Positions 38,738-48,809 of a stretch of DNA of 64,000 bases are shown piece by piece. The notes under the pieces are model-generated. The model had not been told where the DNA came from. It did not search any database and worked only from the letters and a program-made list of their open reading frames with translations. The DNA lies in contig JBJEVY010000058.1 of NCBI GenBank assembly GCA_051884775.1, positions 2,655-66,654 of the forward strand, in the 5' to 3' direction. The stretch's first letter is position 1, and every line of letters starts with the position of its first letter. The stretch comes from Candidatus Spyradenecus sp. (GTDB taxonomy: Bacteria > Verrucomicrobiota > Kiritimatiellia > RFP12 > DVOR01). A program made the position numbers and the translations under genes.

Positions 38738-38745
38738 ACAAAAAA

Positions 38746-38771
38746 GGCCTGCGGCGCTAGCGCCGCAGGCC
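38746..38771. terminator. Perfect 12-bp-stem hairpin between convergent genes, with the T-run on the minus strand
   Basis: aaaaaa-ggcctgcggcgc-ta-gcgccgcaggcc. A second hairpin gagcgccttcgg...ccgaaggcgctc follows at about 38793-38824. Confidence 0.8.
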
Positions 38772-38860
38772 AATGACAGCGAAGAGATGACAGAGCGCCT
38801 TCGGTCTATCGGCCGAAGGCGCTCACGCGTTCCTCTCTCCTCCGGCTTCTGTCATCCTGC

Positions 38861-39838
38861 TTACAGCATCCACGGCTCGTAGGTCTCGCGGGGGAGCGGG
38901 GTGACGGTGATGTCGCGTTTGGAGGAGGGGGTGATGATCTTGACGATAATCTCGGAGAGGGCGCCCTTGTCGCCGTAGTTGGCGATGATGGCGGCGGCGC
39001 GCAGGAGGTCCGCTTCGTTGATGGGGCCGATGACCGCGGCGGTGGGGCCGGGGATGTTGACGGTGTGGAGGATGGTGCGGCCCTGGGCGGCGAGGGCCTT
39101 GAGGGCTTGGTTGTCGGCGCGGTTGCGGCCCACGATGATGCGCCCGCCCTCGGGGAGGCGGAACTGGCGCGAGAAGACCAGGAGCTCGACATCCTCGCGG
39201 GGCGGGATGCCGTCGGTGTGGTCATAGAGGTCGCGCAACTTGCGGCAGAAGCCCTTCTCGGTGAGGCGGCAGCCGCCGGCCGGGGAGGGATATTCCAAGA
39301 GGCCAAAGTGCTGGGCCAGGGCCATCTGCGCTTGGCGCTGGCGGCCCTGGAGGTCGAGGAGGCGCGTGCGGTCCACGCGGCCATCCTCCTCGGGCAGGGT
39401 GGGGGTGAGGTGCTGAGCCGAGAGCGGGCGCAGGAGCAGGCCCTTGAGGCCGGAGCTCTCGGCCACGGTCTCGAGGCTCTTGCGGTTCTGCGACATGGGG
39501 CGCTGGTTGAGCACTTCGCCGGTGGAGACGAAGTCGAAGCCCCACTCGCGCATCAGCTCGCCCGCGCGGCGGATCATCGCGGCGTGGCAGTCGATGCACG
39601 GATTCATCGCCCCGCCAAAGCCGTGCGGCGGGTGGCGGACCAGGGCGAGAATCTCGTCGGTGAAGTCGACGATGTGCAGCGGCACCTTGAGCTGCGCGGC
39701 AGCCTTCTCGGCGGCCTTGGTGCCAAAGAAGGGACTCTTGAAGACGACGGCCTCCATGTGGACCCCCTGGTCGCGCAAGACGCAGATGGCGAGCATCGAA
39801 TCGAGCCCGCCGGAAAGCAACGAAAGACCTTTGGTCAT
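38861..39838 (-). CDS. PP-loop ATP pyrophosphatase family protein (ThiI/MnmA-like tRNA thiolation enzyme)
   Basis: SGGLDS PP-loop motif at the N-terminus, plus NPCIDCH and TGEVLNQRPMSQ motifs. 325 aa. Confidence 0.7.
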   Translation of the reverse strand: MTKGLSLLSGGLDSMLAICVLRDQGVHMEAVVFKSPFFGTKAAEKAAAQLKVPLHIVDFTDEILALVRHPPHGFGGAMNPCIDCHAAMIRRAGELMREWGFDFVSTGEVLNQRPMSQNRKSLETVAESSGLKGLLLRPLSAQHLTPTLPEEDGRVDRTRLLDLQGRQRQAQMALAQHFGLLEYPSPAGGCRLTEKGFCRKLRDLYDHTDGIPPREDVELLVFSRQFRLPEGGRIIVGRNRADNQALKALAAQGRTILHTVNIPGPTAAVIGPINEADLLRAAAIIANYGDKGALSEIIVKIITPSSKRDITVTPLPRETYEPWML

Positions 39839-39871
39839 AGGAACTTCTCCCGAGTGGTAGTCATTCTCCCG

Positions 39872-39903
39872 CCGCGCGGGTAAAAAGCGGGGCCGGCACC
39901 GGT
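39872..39903 (-). terminator. Rho-independent terminator of leuS
   Basis: Minus strand reads ggccggcac-accg-gtgccggcc followed by ccgcttttt. Confidence 0.8.
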
Positions 39904-39923
39904 GTGCCGGCCCTGAGGGGCCT

Positions 39924-42437
39924 TTACTTGGCCACGATGTTGACGAGCTTGCCGGGGACGACGATGACCTTGACGATGGTCTGGCCCTCGGTGAAGCGCT
40001 TGACCTCCTCGGAGGCGCGGGCGGCGGCCTCGAGTTCCTCGCGCGAGAGGCTGGCGGGGACGGTAAGCTTGCCGCGCATCTTGCCGTTGACCTGGAGGAT
40101 GATCTGCAGGGAGTCTTCCTTCAGCGCCTCGGGGTTGACCTTGGGCCAGCCGGCGTTCATCACGCCCTCGGGCTGGCAGCCGAACTCGGCCCAAATCTCC
40201 TCGGCGATGTGCGGGGTGATGGGGGCCATCATCCGGGCGATGGTGACGACCGTCTCGCGCAGGAGGGCCTTGGCGGCGGCGGAGGAGTCCGGGCCGATCT
40301 TGGCCTTGTCGGCGGTGTTCATCAGCTCCATCAGCTGGGCGATGGCGGTGTTGAAGCGGAAGCCGTGCTCGATGGAGTCGGTCACGCTCTGCAGGGTCTG
40401 GTGGAGCTTGCGCCAGAGGTCGCGCTCGGCGGGGGTGAGGGCCGCGCCGTCGACGGGCGTCTCCTCGGCCGGGACGATGGCCTTGGCATCGTAGGCCTTC
40501 TTCCAGAGGCGGCAGAGGAAGCGGTAGGGCCCCTGGATGGAGGCATCCTGCCACTCGGCATCGAGCTCGGGCGGGCCGATGAAGAGGGTGTAGAGGCGGA
40601 CAGTGTCGGCGCCATAGTCGCGGATGAGGTCGTCAGGGGAGACGACGTTGCCGACGGACTTGGACATCTTGTAGAGCTTGCCGTCCTTCTCGGAGCGCTT
40701 GCAGATCATGCCCTGGGTGAAGAGGGCCTTGAAGGGCTCGACGCAATCGAGGGCGCCGGCATCGTTGAGGATTTTGACGACGAAGCGCGAGTAGAGGAGG
40801 TGAAGCACGGCGTGCTCCACGCCGCCGATGTACTGATCTACGGGCATCCACTTATCCACCAGGGCCTTATCGAAGGGGGCCTGCTCGTTGCGCGCGTCGA
40901 TATAGCGCAGGAAGTACCAGCACGAGCAGAGCCATTGGGCGAGGGTATCGGTCTCGCGCTTGGCCGGGGCGCCGCACTTGGGGCAGGTGGTGTTGATGAA
41001 GCCTTCGTGACGGGCGAGGGGGTTGCCCTGGTCGCTCTTGAAGTCCACATCATCGGGCAGGCGCACGGGGAGCTGATCTTCGGGCACCGGCACCGCGCCG
41101 CAGTGCGGGCAGTGGACAATCGGGATGGGCGCGCCCCAGTAGCGCTGGCGGGCCACATTCCAATCGCGGATGCGGAAGTTGGTGGTGGCCTCGGCAAAGC
41201 CCGCCTGCGCGCCGAACTCGATAATCGCCTTGAGGGCCTGGCGGTTGGGCTGACCATCGAAGGGACCGGAGGCCACGAGCGTGCCGTCTTCCACATAGGC
41301 CGCGGTCATCGTCTCGAGCGAGAGGCTCTGCTCGGGGTTCTGGATGACGATCTTCTTGGCGATGCCGTACTTGGTGGCGAAGTCCCAGTCGCGCTGGTCG
41401 TGGGTGGGGACGGCCATCACGATGCCAGTGCCCGAATCGGAGACCACGTAGTTCGTCACCCACAGCTCGATGTCCTTGTCGCCATTGTAGGGGTTGGTGA
41501 CGTGGAAGCCGGTGAAGACGCCCTCCTTGGCCAACGCGTCGGAGAAGCGTTCGGCGGCGGGGATGTTGGCGAGCTTCTCGGTAAAGGCCTTGACCTCAGC
41601 CTCCCTTGCCGTCCCGGGCAGCAGCTTCTTCAGGAGCGGATGATCCGGGGCGATGGCCATAAAGGTAACGCCGAAGATGGTGTCGGGGCGGGTGGTGTAG
41701 ACCGGGCAATCATCGCCCGTCTCGGTCACCTTGAAGTTCACCTTCGCGCCCTGCGACTTGCCAATCCAGTTCGCCTGCATCTGGCGGACCTTCTCCGGCC
41801 AGCCCTCGAGCAGGTCCAGATCCTTGAGCAGACGGTCGGCATAGGCCGTAATGCGGAAGAACCACTGCTTAAGGTTCTTCTTCTCCACCGGGCGGCCGCA
41901 GCGGACGCAGTGACCATCGGCGGTCACCTCTTCGTTAGCCAGGTTGGTGCAGAGCGGGCACCAGTTCACCGGCGCCTCCTTCTGATAGGCCACGCCCAGC
42001 TTGTAGGCCTGCAGGAAGACCCACTGCGTCCACTTGTAGTAATCGGGGTGGCAGGTGGCAATCTCGCGCTCCCAGTCGTAGCCCACGCCCCAGCTGCGCA
42101 CCTGGCGCTTCATCTCCTGAATGTTCTCAATCGTCCACTTGTGCGGGTGAACATGGAACTTCTTGGCCGCATTCTCCGCCGGCAGACCGAAGGAGTCCCA
42201 GCCCATGGGCGAGAGGACGTTGTAGCCGAGCATCTTCTTGTAGCGGGTGATCACGTCGCCCATAATATAGTTGCGCCCGTGACCCACGTGCATGTGGCCG
42301 CTGGGGTAGGGGAACATCGTCAGACAGTAGAACTTCGGCTTGCTCTCGTCGTGCGCATCGCACCGGAAGGTGCCGTGCTCGTCCCAATACTTCTGCCACT
42401 TCGGTTCAATCGCGTTAAACGGATACTTTTCTTCCAT
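39924..42437 (-). CDS. leuS: Leucine--tRNA ligase
   Basis: Trimmed to [24 protein letters not shown] (cat at 42435-42437). It has HMHVGH (HIGH motif), KMSKS, and the leucyl-specific and CP1 editing regions. Confidence 0.97.
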   Translation of the reverse strand: MEEKYPFNAIEPKWQKYWDEHGTFRCDAHDESKPKFYCLTMFPYPSGHMHVGHGRNYIMGDVITRYKKMLGYNVLSPMGWDSFGLPAENAAKKFHVHPHKWTIENIQEMKRQVRSWGVGYDWEREIATCHPDYYKWTQWVFLQAYKLGVAYQKEAPVNWCPLCTNLANEEVTADGHCVRCGRPVEKKNLKQWFFRITAYADRLLKDLDLLEGWPEKVRQMQANWIGKSQGAKVNFKVTETGDDCPVYTTRPDTIFGVTFMAIAPDHPLLKKLLPGTAREAEVKAFTEKLANIPAAERFSDALAKEGVFTGFHVTNPYNGDKDIELWVTNYVVSDSGTGIVMAVPTHDQRDWDFATKYGIAKKIVIQNPEQSLSLETMTAAYVEDGTLVASGPFDGQPNRQALKAIIEFGAQAGFAEATTNFRIRDWNVARQRYWGAPIPIVHCPHCGAVPVPEDQLPVRLPDDVDFKSDQGNPLARHEGFINTTCPKCGAPAKRETDTLAQWLCSCWYFLRYIDARNEQAPFDKALVDKWMPVDQYIGGVEHAVLHLLYSRFVVKILNDAGALDCVEPFKALFTQGMICKRSEKDGKLYKMSKSVGNVVSPDDLIRDYGADTVRLYTLFIGPPELDAEWQDASIQGPYRFLCRLWKKAYDAKAIVPAEETPVDGAALTPAERDLWRKLHQTLQSVTDSIEHGFRFNTAIAQLMELMNTADKAKIGPDSSAAAKALLRETVVTIARMMAPITPHIAEEIWAEFGCQPEGVMNAGWPKVNPEALKEDSLQIILQVNGKMRGKLTVPASLSREELEAAARASEEVKRFTEGQTIVKVIVVPGKLVNIVAK

Positions 42438-42589
42438 AAGGCTCGTCCTTCGTTGAAAACGGGCGCATAGTCTATCACAACCCGCGCGCGCGTGCTTGCG
42501 CGGGGTCGCTGCGCTCCCAGCGGACAGCCGACAGCGGACAGCGGACAGCCGCGTGCCGCGACGGAGGGGGTGGGGGTGGAACTGCACCC

Positions 42590-42720
42590 GGGCCGGGCCT
42601 CAGGCGCATCCGCCCCGGGTTGACCCTCGACCCGGGGCGGATGCGCCTCGAGGTAGGCCCGGGTTCGCTTTTGTCCCGGGGCGGGTTCGTTTTGGCCCCG
42701 GGGCGGGTGAGGGGTGCCCG
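42590..42720. repeat. GGGTTGACC-type dispersed repeat cluster (related to 9838-10010)
   Basis: Shared segments as listed for 9838-10010. It is preceded by (CAGCGGA/CAGCCGA) heptamers at 42517-42550. Confidence 0.8.
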
Positions 42721-42933
42721 TCCTGACGGGCCGCGTCCTCGCGGCCCAGGTGGGGGCTTAGGCCGCCGGGGACGGCGGCCTGCAAAACGCTTAGCGAAAC
42801 ACCCCCTGCTCCCACCCCCGTTCGTGCCCGCCGATACCCCCAAAAAAGGTAGGGCCTAGGTGACCTCGACCTAGGCCCTAGGTCGCCTCGAGGTGGGCCC
42901 TACCTCGAAATGAGCTAGGCGCGGGGGCGAGAA

Positions 42934-43959
42934 TTAGGCTTCGCCGATGTGCCGAGTGTAAAGCGCGTCGAGGCGTTGAAGGAGCGGCTTCCAGAGGCGC
43001 TGGGTGAGGGCGAGGAGCGCGCGGCGGGGGAGGTCGATCGCGAGGCAGAGGGCAAAGATGGGGAGCGTGGCCAGAGGGTAGGCGATGAGGCGCGGGCAGT
43101 GAAGCGCGTTCATCACGGCCTGTTCAAGGGGCTCAAAGGCGGGGAGGATGACGCGGTTGCAGTGGAGGAGGTAGACGGCGAACATTGAGGGACCGAGCCA
43201 AAGGGCCACGCGGCCGATCCAGTCCGGCCAGGGGATGCGGCGGAAGAGGAGGAAGGTGCAGCCGGAGAGGAGGGCGGCCACAGGCGAAGCGTAGGCGTAG
43301 AAGCCGCCGATGGAGAGCATCATCAGCACGCCGAGGGCCATGTAGAGGCGGGGACCGACCAGGAAGCGGTCCCAATCTCCCAGGCGCCAGAGTCGGGCGA
43401 GGGTGTAGATGCCAAAGAGGGTGAGACCAGCGTAGGAGTCGACGCCGGGGGTTTTCGGGAAGATGCCGCCGATGCGCGGGATGGATTGGGCAAAGGCCCA
43501 GAGGAAGGTGATGGCCAGCGGCGGGAGGAGGATGGGCAGGCGTTTGGCGGGTGGCACCCAGGTGAGGACGGCATCAACGAGCGGGGCCAGGAGCATTAAG
43601 AGGGCGTAGGCATTGAGGAACCACGGGCCAACAAGCAAGCCACGTATGAGTTTGAGGGTGGCGAGGTCAAGCGCGAGGGGATAAGCGTCGGTCAGCCAGC
43701 CGAAGCAAAAAATGAGCCCGCCGCAGAAGAGGGCGAGCGCGTAGAGGCGGATGAACTTGGAGGGGCGGAAGGTGAGGCCATACCAACCGCTGAGGAAGGC
43801 GAAGCCATCAACACATGAGTGAAGGAGGCGCCACGGCCAGAGGGCGCGGTCGCCCGCGCTAAAGGTGATGCTGTGGAGCAGGCAGATGCCGAACATCAGG
43901 GCCACGCGGTAGACTTCCGGTGCGGCCTGGCGCGGTCTTAACGGGGGGGCAACAGTCAT
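42934..43959 (-). CDS. Acyltransferase family 3 membrane protein
   Basis: 341 aa, about 10 TM. N-terminal motif RVALMFGICLLHS..., like acyltransferase_3 (OafA-type) proteins. Confidence 0.7.
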   Translation of the reverse strand: MTVAPPLRPRQAAPEVYRVALMFGICLLHSITFSAGDRALWPWRLLHSCVDGFAFLSGWYGLTFRPSKFIRLYALALFCGGLIFCFGWLTDAYPLALDLATLKLIRGLLVGPWFLNAYALLMLLAPLVDAVLTWVPPAKRLPILLPPLAITFLWAFAQSIPRIGGIFPKTPGVDSYAGLTLFGIYTLARLWRLGDWDRFLVGPRLYMALGVLMMLSIGGFYAYASPVAALLSGCTFLLFRRIPWPDWIGRVALWLGPSMFAVYLLHCNRVILPAFEPLEQAVMNALHCPRLIAYPLATLPIFALCLAIDLPRRALLALTQRLWKPLLQRLDALYTRHIGEA

Positions 43960-43972
43960 TGCGGCCAGAGGG

Positions 43973-44629
43973 TTACTGTTGGGGCTTGCGGGCGGAGAGG
44001 CGGTTCATTACGGCGCGGGCGATGAAGTATTGCGCGAGGATGAAGGCGAGGAAGAAGGCGCCGATGATGGTCAGGACGAGGAGGGGGTGGTGCTGCCAGA
44101 GGCCTTTGAGCCAGGCGATGAGCGGGGCGTAGCACTTGGGCATAAAGAAGGTGATAATCGAGCTCTGGAAGAGGCAGGAGAGGGCGGAGAAGAGGGTGTA
44201 TTGGCCGAAGTGGACGCGGAGCATCCCGGCGGCGAGGAGGGCGGGGGTGCGGATGCCGGGGGTGAAGCGGATGATGAAGAGGGTCTTGCCGAGGTGGCGG
44301 TCGAAGAAGTGTCCGCAGGCCTCGATTTGGTCTTGGTGTTTGCGGACCCAACGGATCTTGGCCACGTAGCGCATGGCGAAGCGCACGGGCAGGTACATGA
44401 GGATGTCGCCGACAAAGACGCCCCAGAAGGTGCTTTGCAGGGCGGTCATCCAACCGAGGATGCCTTCAGAGAGGAGGGGCGGGACGATGGTCCAGCAGAC
44501 GATGTTCTCGAAGAAGAAGGTGGCCACGGCGGTGAACCAGCCTTGGAGCCAGGGGTGCTCGGCGGAGGCGAGGATGGCATCGGTGAGGGCCGAGAGGTCG
44601 ACAGGGGCCATGGAGAGGAGGGCGATCAC
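43973..44629 (-). CDS. DedA/VTT-domain membrane protein
   Basis: 218 aa. ...FFENIVCWTIVPPLL...GDILMYLPVRF...FFDRHLGKTLFIIRFTPGIRTPALLAAG... is a DedA-like pattern. Confidence 0.7.
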   Translation of the reverse strand: MIALLSMAPVDLSALTDAILASAEHPWLQGWFTAVATFFFENIVCWTIVPPLLSEGILGWMTALQSTFWGVFVGDILMYLPVRFAMRYVAKIRWVRKHQDQIEACGHFFDRHLGKTLFIIRFTPGIRTPALLAAGMLRVHFGQYTLFSALSCLFQSSIITFFMPKCYAPLIAWLKGLWQHHPLLVLTIIGAFFLAFILAQYFIARAVMNRLSARKPQQ

Positions 44630-46449
44630 GGGGTATCCTCCGGGAGGGGCTTATCGGCGCTGAGGCCGAGGTAGTGGCCGATTTCTTCGGCAACGGCGGC
44701 AAAGGTGGGGGCAGCAACGAAGCCGCCTTCGCGGTTGCCGCCTTGGGGGCGCTCGATGGTGACGAGGATGACGAGCTCGGGGGCGGAGGCGGGATAGATG
44801 CCGATGAAGGTGGCGTTGAAGTCGGTGCGGTTGTAGTGGCCGTTGACGGGGATTTGGCCGGTGCCGGTTTTGCCGGCGACGGTGTAGGAGCGGAGCTTGG
44901 CGCGGCGGGCGGTGCCGCGTTGCTTCGGATCGGTGATGCCGCTCATCATCTCCATCACGCTGGCGCAGACCTCGGGGGAGAGGGGTTGGCCGATGACTTC
45001 GGGCTTGTTTTGGCGGATGACTTCGCCCTCGTGGGTGCGCAGCTCGCGGAAGATGGTTGGGCGCATATGCACGCCGCCGTTGGCGATGGTGGCGTAGGCG
45101 CTGACGAGCTGGATGGCGGTGACGGCGACGCCTTGGCCGAGGGGGATGCGGGTGGGGGAGAGCTTGCTCCACTTGGAGTAGTGCGGGAGGATGCCCGATT
45201 GCTCGCCCACCAACTCAATGCCGGTCTTTTCGCCGAAGCCGAGGGCGCGGAAGGCGCGCCAGAGGAACTCGTATTCGTGCTTGATGCCGAGCTTGGGCTG
45301 CGGTTCGGCCATGCGCAGGCCAATCATCGCGGTGCCGATGTTGGAGGATTGGAGGATGATTTCGCGGGCGTGGAGGATGCCGGTGGCGTGGTCGCGCAAG
45401 GGCTTGCCGGCGTAGTACCAGATGCGCTTGGTGCCCACGTCGAAGGGGGTGCGCTCGGTGATGAGGCCGTAGTTGAGGGCCATGGCGATGGTCAGAGGTT
45501 TCATCACCGACCCGGGCTCGTAGTTCCGCGCGATGGCGATGTTTTGCCACTCGCTGGCGTTGAAGGAGCGATACTCGGCGGGATTGAAGCACGGCAGGGT
45601 GGCCATCCCCAGGATCTCGCCGCTCTTGATGTGCTGGACGATGACGATGCCGGACTTGGCCTGGAACTCCTCGAGGGTCTTGGCGAGGGCCTTTTCGATG
45701 ATGTACTGGATGTTGTTATCGATGGTCAGGACCACATCGTGGCCGTGCTCGGCCTTCTTTTCGCTGATACGGCGGGTACGGATCTCGCGGGCCCGGTTGT
45801 CGCGCACCGAGACGACCTCCCCGTTCTGCCCGCGCAAGAGCTCGTCGAAGCGCTGCTCAATGCCGTAGATGCCGTTGTTGTCCTTGTCGATGAAGCCGAT
45901 GACGTGGCTGAGGCGCGCGCCGTTGGGGTAGGAGCGGATGGGGCGCAGGTCGCGGAAGTTGATGCCGGCGATGCGGTTGCTCGGCGCCACGCTCCGGGCT
46001 GAACGCTCGCGTAGTTCGGTCAGGATCGCTTCATCGGCCACCTCGCAGACCTTCACGCTGCTGCGCTTGAGGCCGTTGATGATATGCTCGCCGGTAAAGG
46101 CGTCGATCATCTTCTCTTGGCTGACCCCCAGCAACTTGGCCAGCTCCAGGGGCAACTCGGCCACGCGCTCGGGCGGCAGAAGCTTGAGTTTGACGTCCTT
46201 CTGGTCCACATAGATGTCGCGCCCGGCAATGGTCTCGGCCAGGACATTTCCATTGCGGTCCAGAATCCGCCCGCGCAGCCCGGGCAGGGTGAACTTGGTG
46301 GCGTAGTCCGGCGCCTCATAGTCGGGCGCGCTCGGTTCAATGATATGGAGCTTGATGAGCTTGGCAAAGATGAGGCCAAAGAAAAGCACCATGGCGCTCA
46401 AGATGAGCGCCATCCATCGCCGGGCATACTGCAGCTCGCTGCGAACCAT
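44626..46449 (-). CDS. ftsI: Peptidoglycan D,D-transpeptidase FtsI (class B PBP)
   Basis: N-terminal TM. SxxK (GSVMKP), SxN (SSNIG) and KTG (GKTGTG) motifs. Its position is after ftsL. Confidence 0.9.
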   Translation of the reverse strand: MVRSELQYARRWMALILSAMVLFFGLIFAKLIKLHIIEPSAPDYEAPDYATKFTLPGLRGRILDRNGNVLAETIAGRDIYVDQKDVKLKLLPPERVAELPLELAKLLGVSQEKMIDAFTGEHIINGLKRSSVKVCEVADEAILTELRERSARSVAPSNRIAGINFRDLRPIRSYPNGARLSHVIGFIDKDNNGIYGIEQRFDELLRGQNGEVVSVRDNRAREIRTRRISEKKAEHGHDVVLTIDNNIQYIIEKALAKTLEEFQAKSGIVIVQHIKSGEILGMATLPCFNPAEYRSFNASEWQNIAIARNYEPGSVMKPLTIAMALNYGLITERTPFDVGTKRIWYYAGKPLRDHATGILHAREIILQSSNIGTAMIGLRMAEPQPKLGIKHEYEFLWRAFRALGFGEKTGIELVGEQSGILPHYSKWSKLSPTRIPLGQGVAVTAIQLVSAYATIANGGVHMRPTIFRELRTHEGEVIRQNKPEVIGQPLSPEVCASVMEMMSGITDPKQRGTARRAKLRSYTVAGKTGTGQIPVNGHYNRTDFNATFIGIYPASAPELVILVTIERPQGGNREGGFVAAPTFAAVAEEIGHYLGLSADKPLPEDTP

Positions 46450-46471
46450 TAGGCCTCGGGGCTAAGCGGGG

Positions 46472-46882
46472 TCAGCGGCGGTTCCGGACTTGGGCGCGGT
46501 CGCCGCTCTGCTGGTGCTCCTGCTTGGCAATCTCAAGGGCGCGGTAGACCGGCCGGGAGAGCTTGAATTGGCCATTGGGGAGCACCACGGCCGTGCGCTC
46601 GGGCGGGGCATAGGCCAGGCGCAGTCCGCGCGAAGCCATCGCCTCATCCAACCGCCGCGGCTCGGCGAGTTGGTTCCACTCGGCCTCCTGCCGGCGGCGC
46701 GTCTCGTTCAGCGCGCGCTTCTCGCGCTCTAGGAGGCGGATTTGCGAGCCCACCTGGTCGGTGTGCATCAAGAGCAGGGAGTAGACAATCCAGGGGGCGA
46801 CGATGAAGGCAATCAGCGTTGCCAGCCCCAAGGTTGCCGCCTTCATCCGAAAGGTTTTGCACCGTCTGTTTCGCTTTGCCAT
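46472..46882 (-). CDS. ftsL: Cell division protein FtsL-like
   Basis: Small bitopic protein (TM LGLATLIAFIVAPWIVYSLLL followed by a coiled coil) sited between rsmH and ftsI. Confidence 0.7.
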   Translation of the reverse strand: MAKRNRRCKTFRMKAATLGLATLIAFIVAPWIVYSLLLMHTDQVGSQIRLLEREKRALNETRRRQEAEWNQLAEPRRLDEAMASRGLRLAYAPPERTAVVLPNGQFKLSRPVYRALEIAKQEHQQSGDRAQVRNRR

Positions 46883-46886
46883 AGCC

Positions 46887-47828
46887 CTATGCCTCCTCTA
46901 CCAACTTCTCCACCACGCGCAGTTTCGCCGTCCGCGCGCGGGGGTTTGCCTCAATTTCTGCCGGTTGCCCGGTCACCGCCTTCTTGAAAATCGCCTGCGT
47001 GCGCGGCAGTTCGCCCTGCCACTCACTGCCGCCCTGCTGGAGCGCCACCTCGCGCCCGCAATGGGCCCGGAAGCGCTGCTTCACCACCCGGTCGGTCAGA
47101 CTCTCGAAGGTGATAATCGCCAAGCGTCCGCCGGGCTTGAGCAGCCGCAACCCGCCCTCGAGCGCCCGCTCCAAGTCCCCCATCTCGTCATTGACCGCCA
47201 TGCGCAGCGCCTGGAAGACGCGCGTGGCCGGGTTTCGCCCCTTCGTGTGCGCGGAGCCGACCGCCCGGGCCACCACCTCGGCCAACTGCAGCGTCCGCGT
47301 GATGGGCGCCCGATTGCGCTCGCGCTCGATGGCCTTGGCAATCGTAAAAGCGCGCCGCTCCTCGCCCAGGGTTCGAAAGAGTTCGCACATCTCCGGGACC
47401 GAGAGGCGCGCGATTAGCTCGGCGGCCGTCTCCCCGGCATCGTTGCGCATTCGCATATCCAGCGGCCCATCGTTGCGGAAAGAGAAGCCGCGCTCGGGCG
47501 TATCCAGCTGGTCGCTGCTCACCCCCAGGTCCAGCAAAATGGCATCCACCTGCGCAAAGCCGTTGGCCTTGGCCAGGGCCTCGATGTCGCCGTGGGCCCC
47601 CTGCACCAGCACATGCTCGCCGGGCACGCCCTCGCGCGCCAGGTTTGCGCGCGCGCGTTCAAGCGCCTCGGGGTCGCGATCAATTCCCAGGAGCCGACCG
47701 GTGGCCCCGGCGCGGCGCATCACCGCGCTCGCGTGGCCGGCCTGACCGAGCGTGCCATCGATATAGACGCACCCCGGGCGTGGCGCCAGGGCCGCGATCG
47801 TCTCCTCAAGCAACACGGGAATATGCAT
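46887..47828 (-). CDS. rsmH: 16S rRNA (cytosine1402-N4)-methyltransferase RsmH
   Basis: MHIPVLLEETIAAL...YIDGTLGQAGHA...LLDLGVSSDQLD...GFSF... Confidence 0.95.
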   Translation of the reverse strand: MHIPVLLEETIAALAPRPGCVYIDGTLGQAGHASAVMRRAGATGRLLGIDRDPEALERARANLAREGVPGEHVLVQGAHGDIEALAKANGFAQVDAILLDLGVSSDQLDTPERGFSFRNDGPLDMRMRNDAGETAAELIARLSVPEMCELFRTLGEERRAFTIAKAIERERNRAPITRTLQLAEVVARAVGSAHTKGRNPATRVFQALRMAVNDEMGDLERALEGGLRLLKPGGRLAIITFESLTDRVVKQRFRAHCGREVALQQGGSEWQGELPRTQAIFKKAVTGQPAEIEANPRARTAKLRVVEKLVEEA

Positions 47829-47840
47829 CGCCCACCTCCG

Positions 47841-48287
47841 CTAGAAGTCCAGTGCCGCCAACGCCTCGCTCAATGCCGCCTGGTCCACCGCAGCCTCCTG
47901 CGGCCGCGCCTCGGCAGCCCAAATCTCGCCATAAGTAATTGCCCCCACAAAGGCAATCTTCCCCGTAATCCCCGCAAAGTTCAGCAAGCGGTCGCTAATC
48001 CGGATGCGCCCCTGCACATCCAGCGGCAACTGCTCGGTGTTCTGCCCCAGCACCCGCAGCTTCTGCGCCACCAACGGGTCCGAAAAGCGCTTGCCCAGCA
48101 ACTTCTCCCGCAACCCCTGCATCCGCTCATTGCTCAAGAGCCGCAGACACTTCTCGTGTGGATCGGCCATCACAAAGACATAGGCCGGCTTCCCCAACGC
48201 ATCGCGCCAGCCCGAAGGAATCGTCACGCGCCGCTTGGGATCCAACGCATGCTGCGCCACGCCCGATAAGACGGCGTCGCCTTGCAT
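47841..48287 (-). CDS. mraZ: Transcriptional regulator MraZ
   Basis: Two SpoVT/AbrB-like repeats (LDPKRRVTIPSGWR and LDVQGRIRISDRL). Start set to Met-11 of the track ORF (MQGDAVLSG...), which is preceded by gaggtg. Confidence 0.9.
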   Translation of the reverse strand: MQGDAVLSGVAQHALDPKRRVTIPSGWRDALGKPAYVFVMADPHEKCLRLLSNERMQGLREKLLGKRFSDPLVAQKLRVLGQNTEQLPLDVQGRIRISDRLLNFAGITGKIAFVGAITYGEIWAAEARPQEAAVDQAALSEALAALDF

Positions 48288-48332
48288 CGTTTTCACCTCG
48301 TTCTCTGTCTCTTTCACGGCTGACCTTTTGTG

Positions 48333-48356
48333 ACACTATTAAACACTTTCCCCCAC
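48333..48356 (-). promoter_or_regulatory. Candidate MraZ operator: three GTG(G/T) direct repeats with a 10-nt period
   Basis: Minus strand reads GTGGGGGAAAGTGTTTAATAGTGT, with GTG at positions 1, 11 and 21. It lies 46-69 nt upstream of the proposed mraZ start. Confidence 0.5.
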
Positions 48357-48768
48357 CTCCGCGTCAAGTCTTTTCTCTCCCGAGGGGTATTTTTTTGCGC
48401 TTTTGGCCCTTTTCAGGGGATTCTTCCGCCAATTTCACCCCGATCCCGACCGAAGTCGGGGCCCATCGCGCCGAAATAAAGGAGCCCCTGCGTGTACCGG
48501 ATGTGAGAGAGCCCGGTCGTTCTCCACTACAAGAGGGGTTATAACCAAACGAAAGGAGCCTCCTATGGACACAAATGTCGTAACCCCTGTTATCATTCGT
48601 ATGGTTAACACTTTGCTTGATAACATGTTTGGCATCCCAAAGGGACCATTTCATGCGCGCCCATCGTCCACCAATGCCGTACTCCTCTCGCCCGCGCAAC
48701 ATCCGGAATCGGGACCCAAAGGGTCATCTGCACTGGGGCTGTGGTATTCCCCAATTAGCGTACCGCTT

Positions 48769-48809
48769 GTACCCCAATTGGGGTACCGAGCGTTCCCCAG
48801 CTGGGGAAC
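48769..48809. other. Two adjacent perfect 18-bp palindromes (GTACCCCAATTGGGGTAC and GTTCCCCAGCTGGGGAAC)
   Basis: Read directly at 48769-48786 and 48792-48809. Consensus is GTnCCCCAnnTGGGGnAC, with a 23-bp centre-to-centre distance. Confidence 0.9.
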
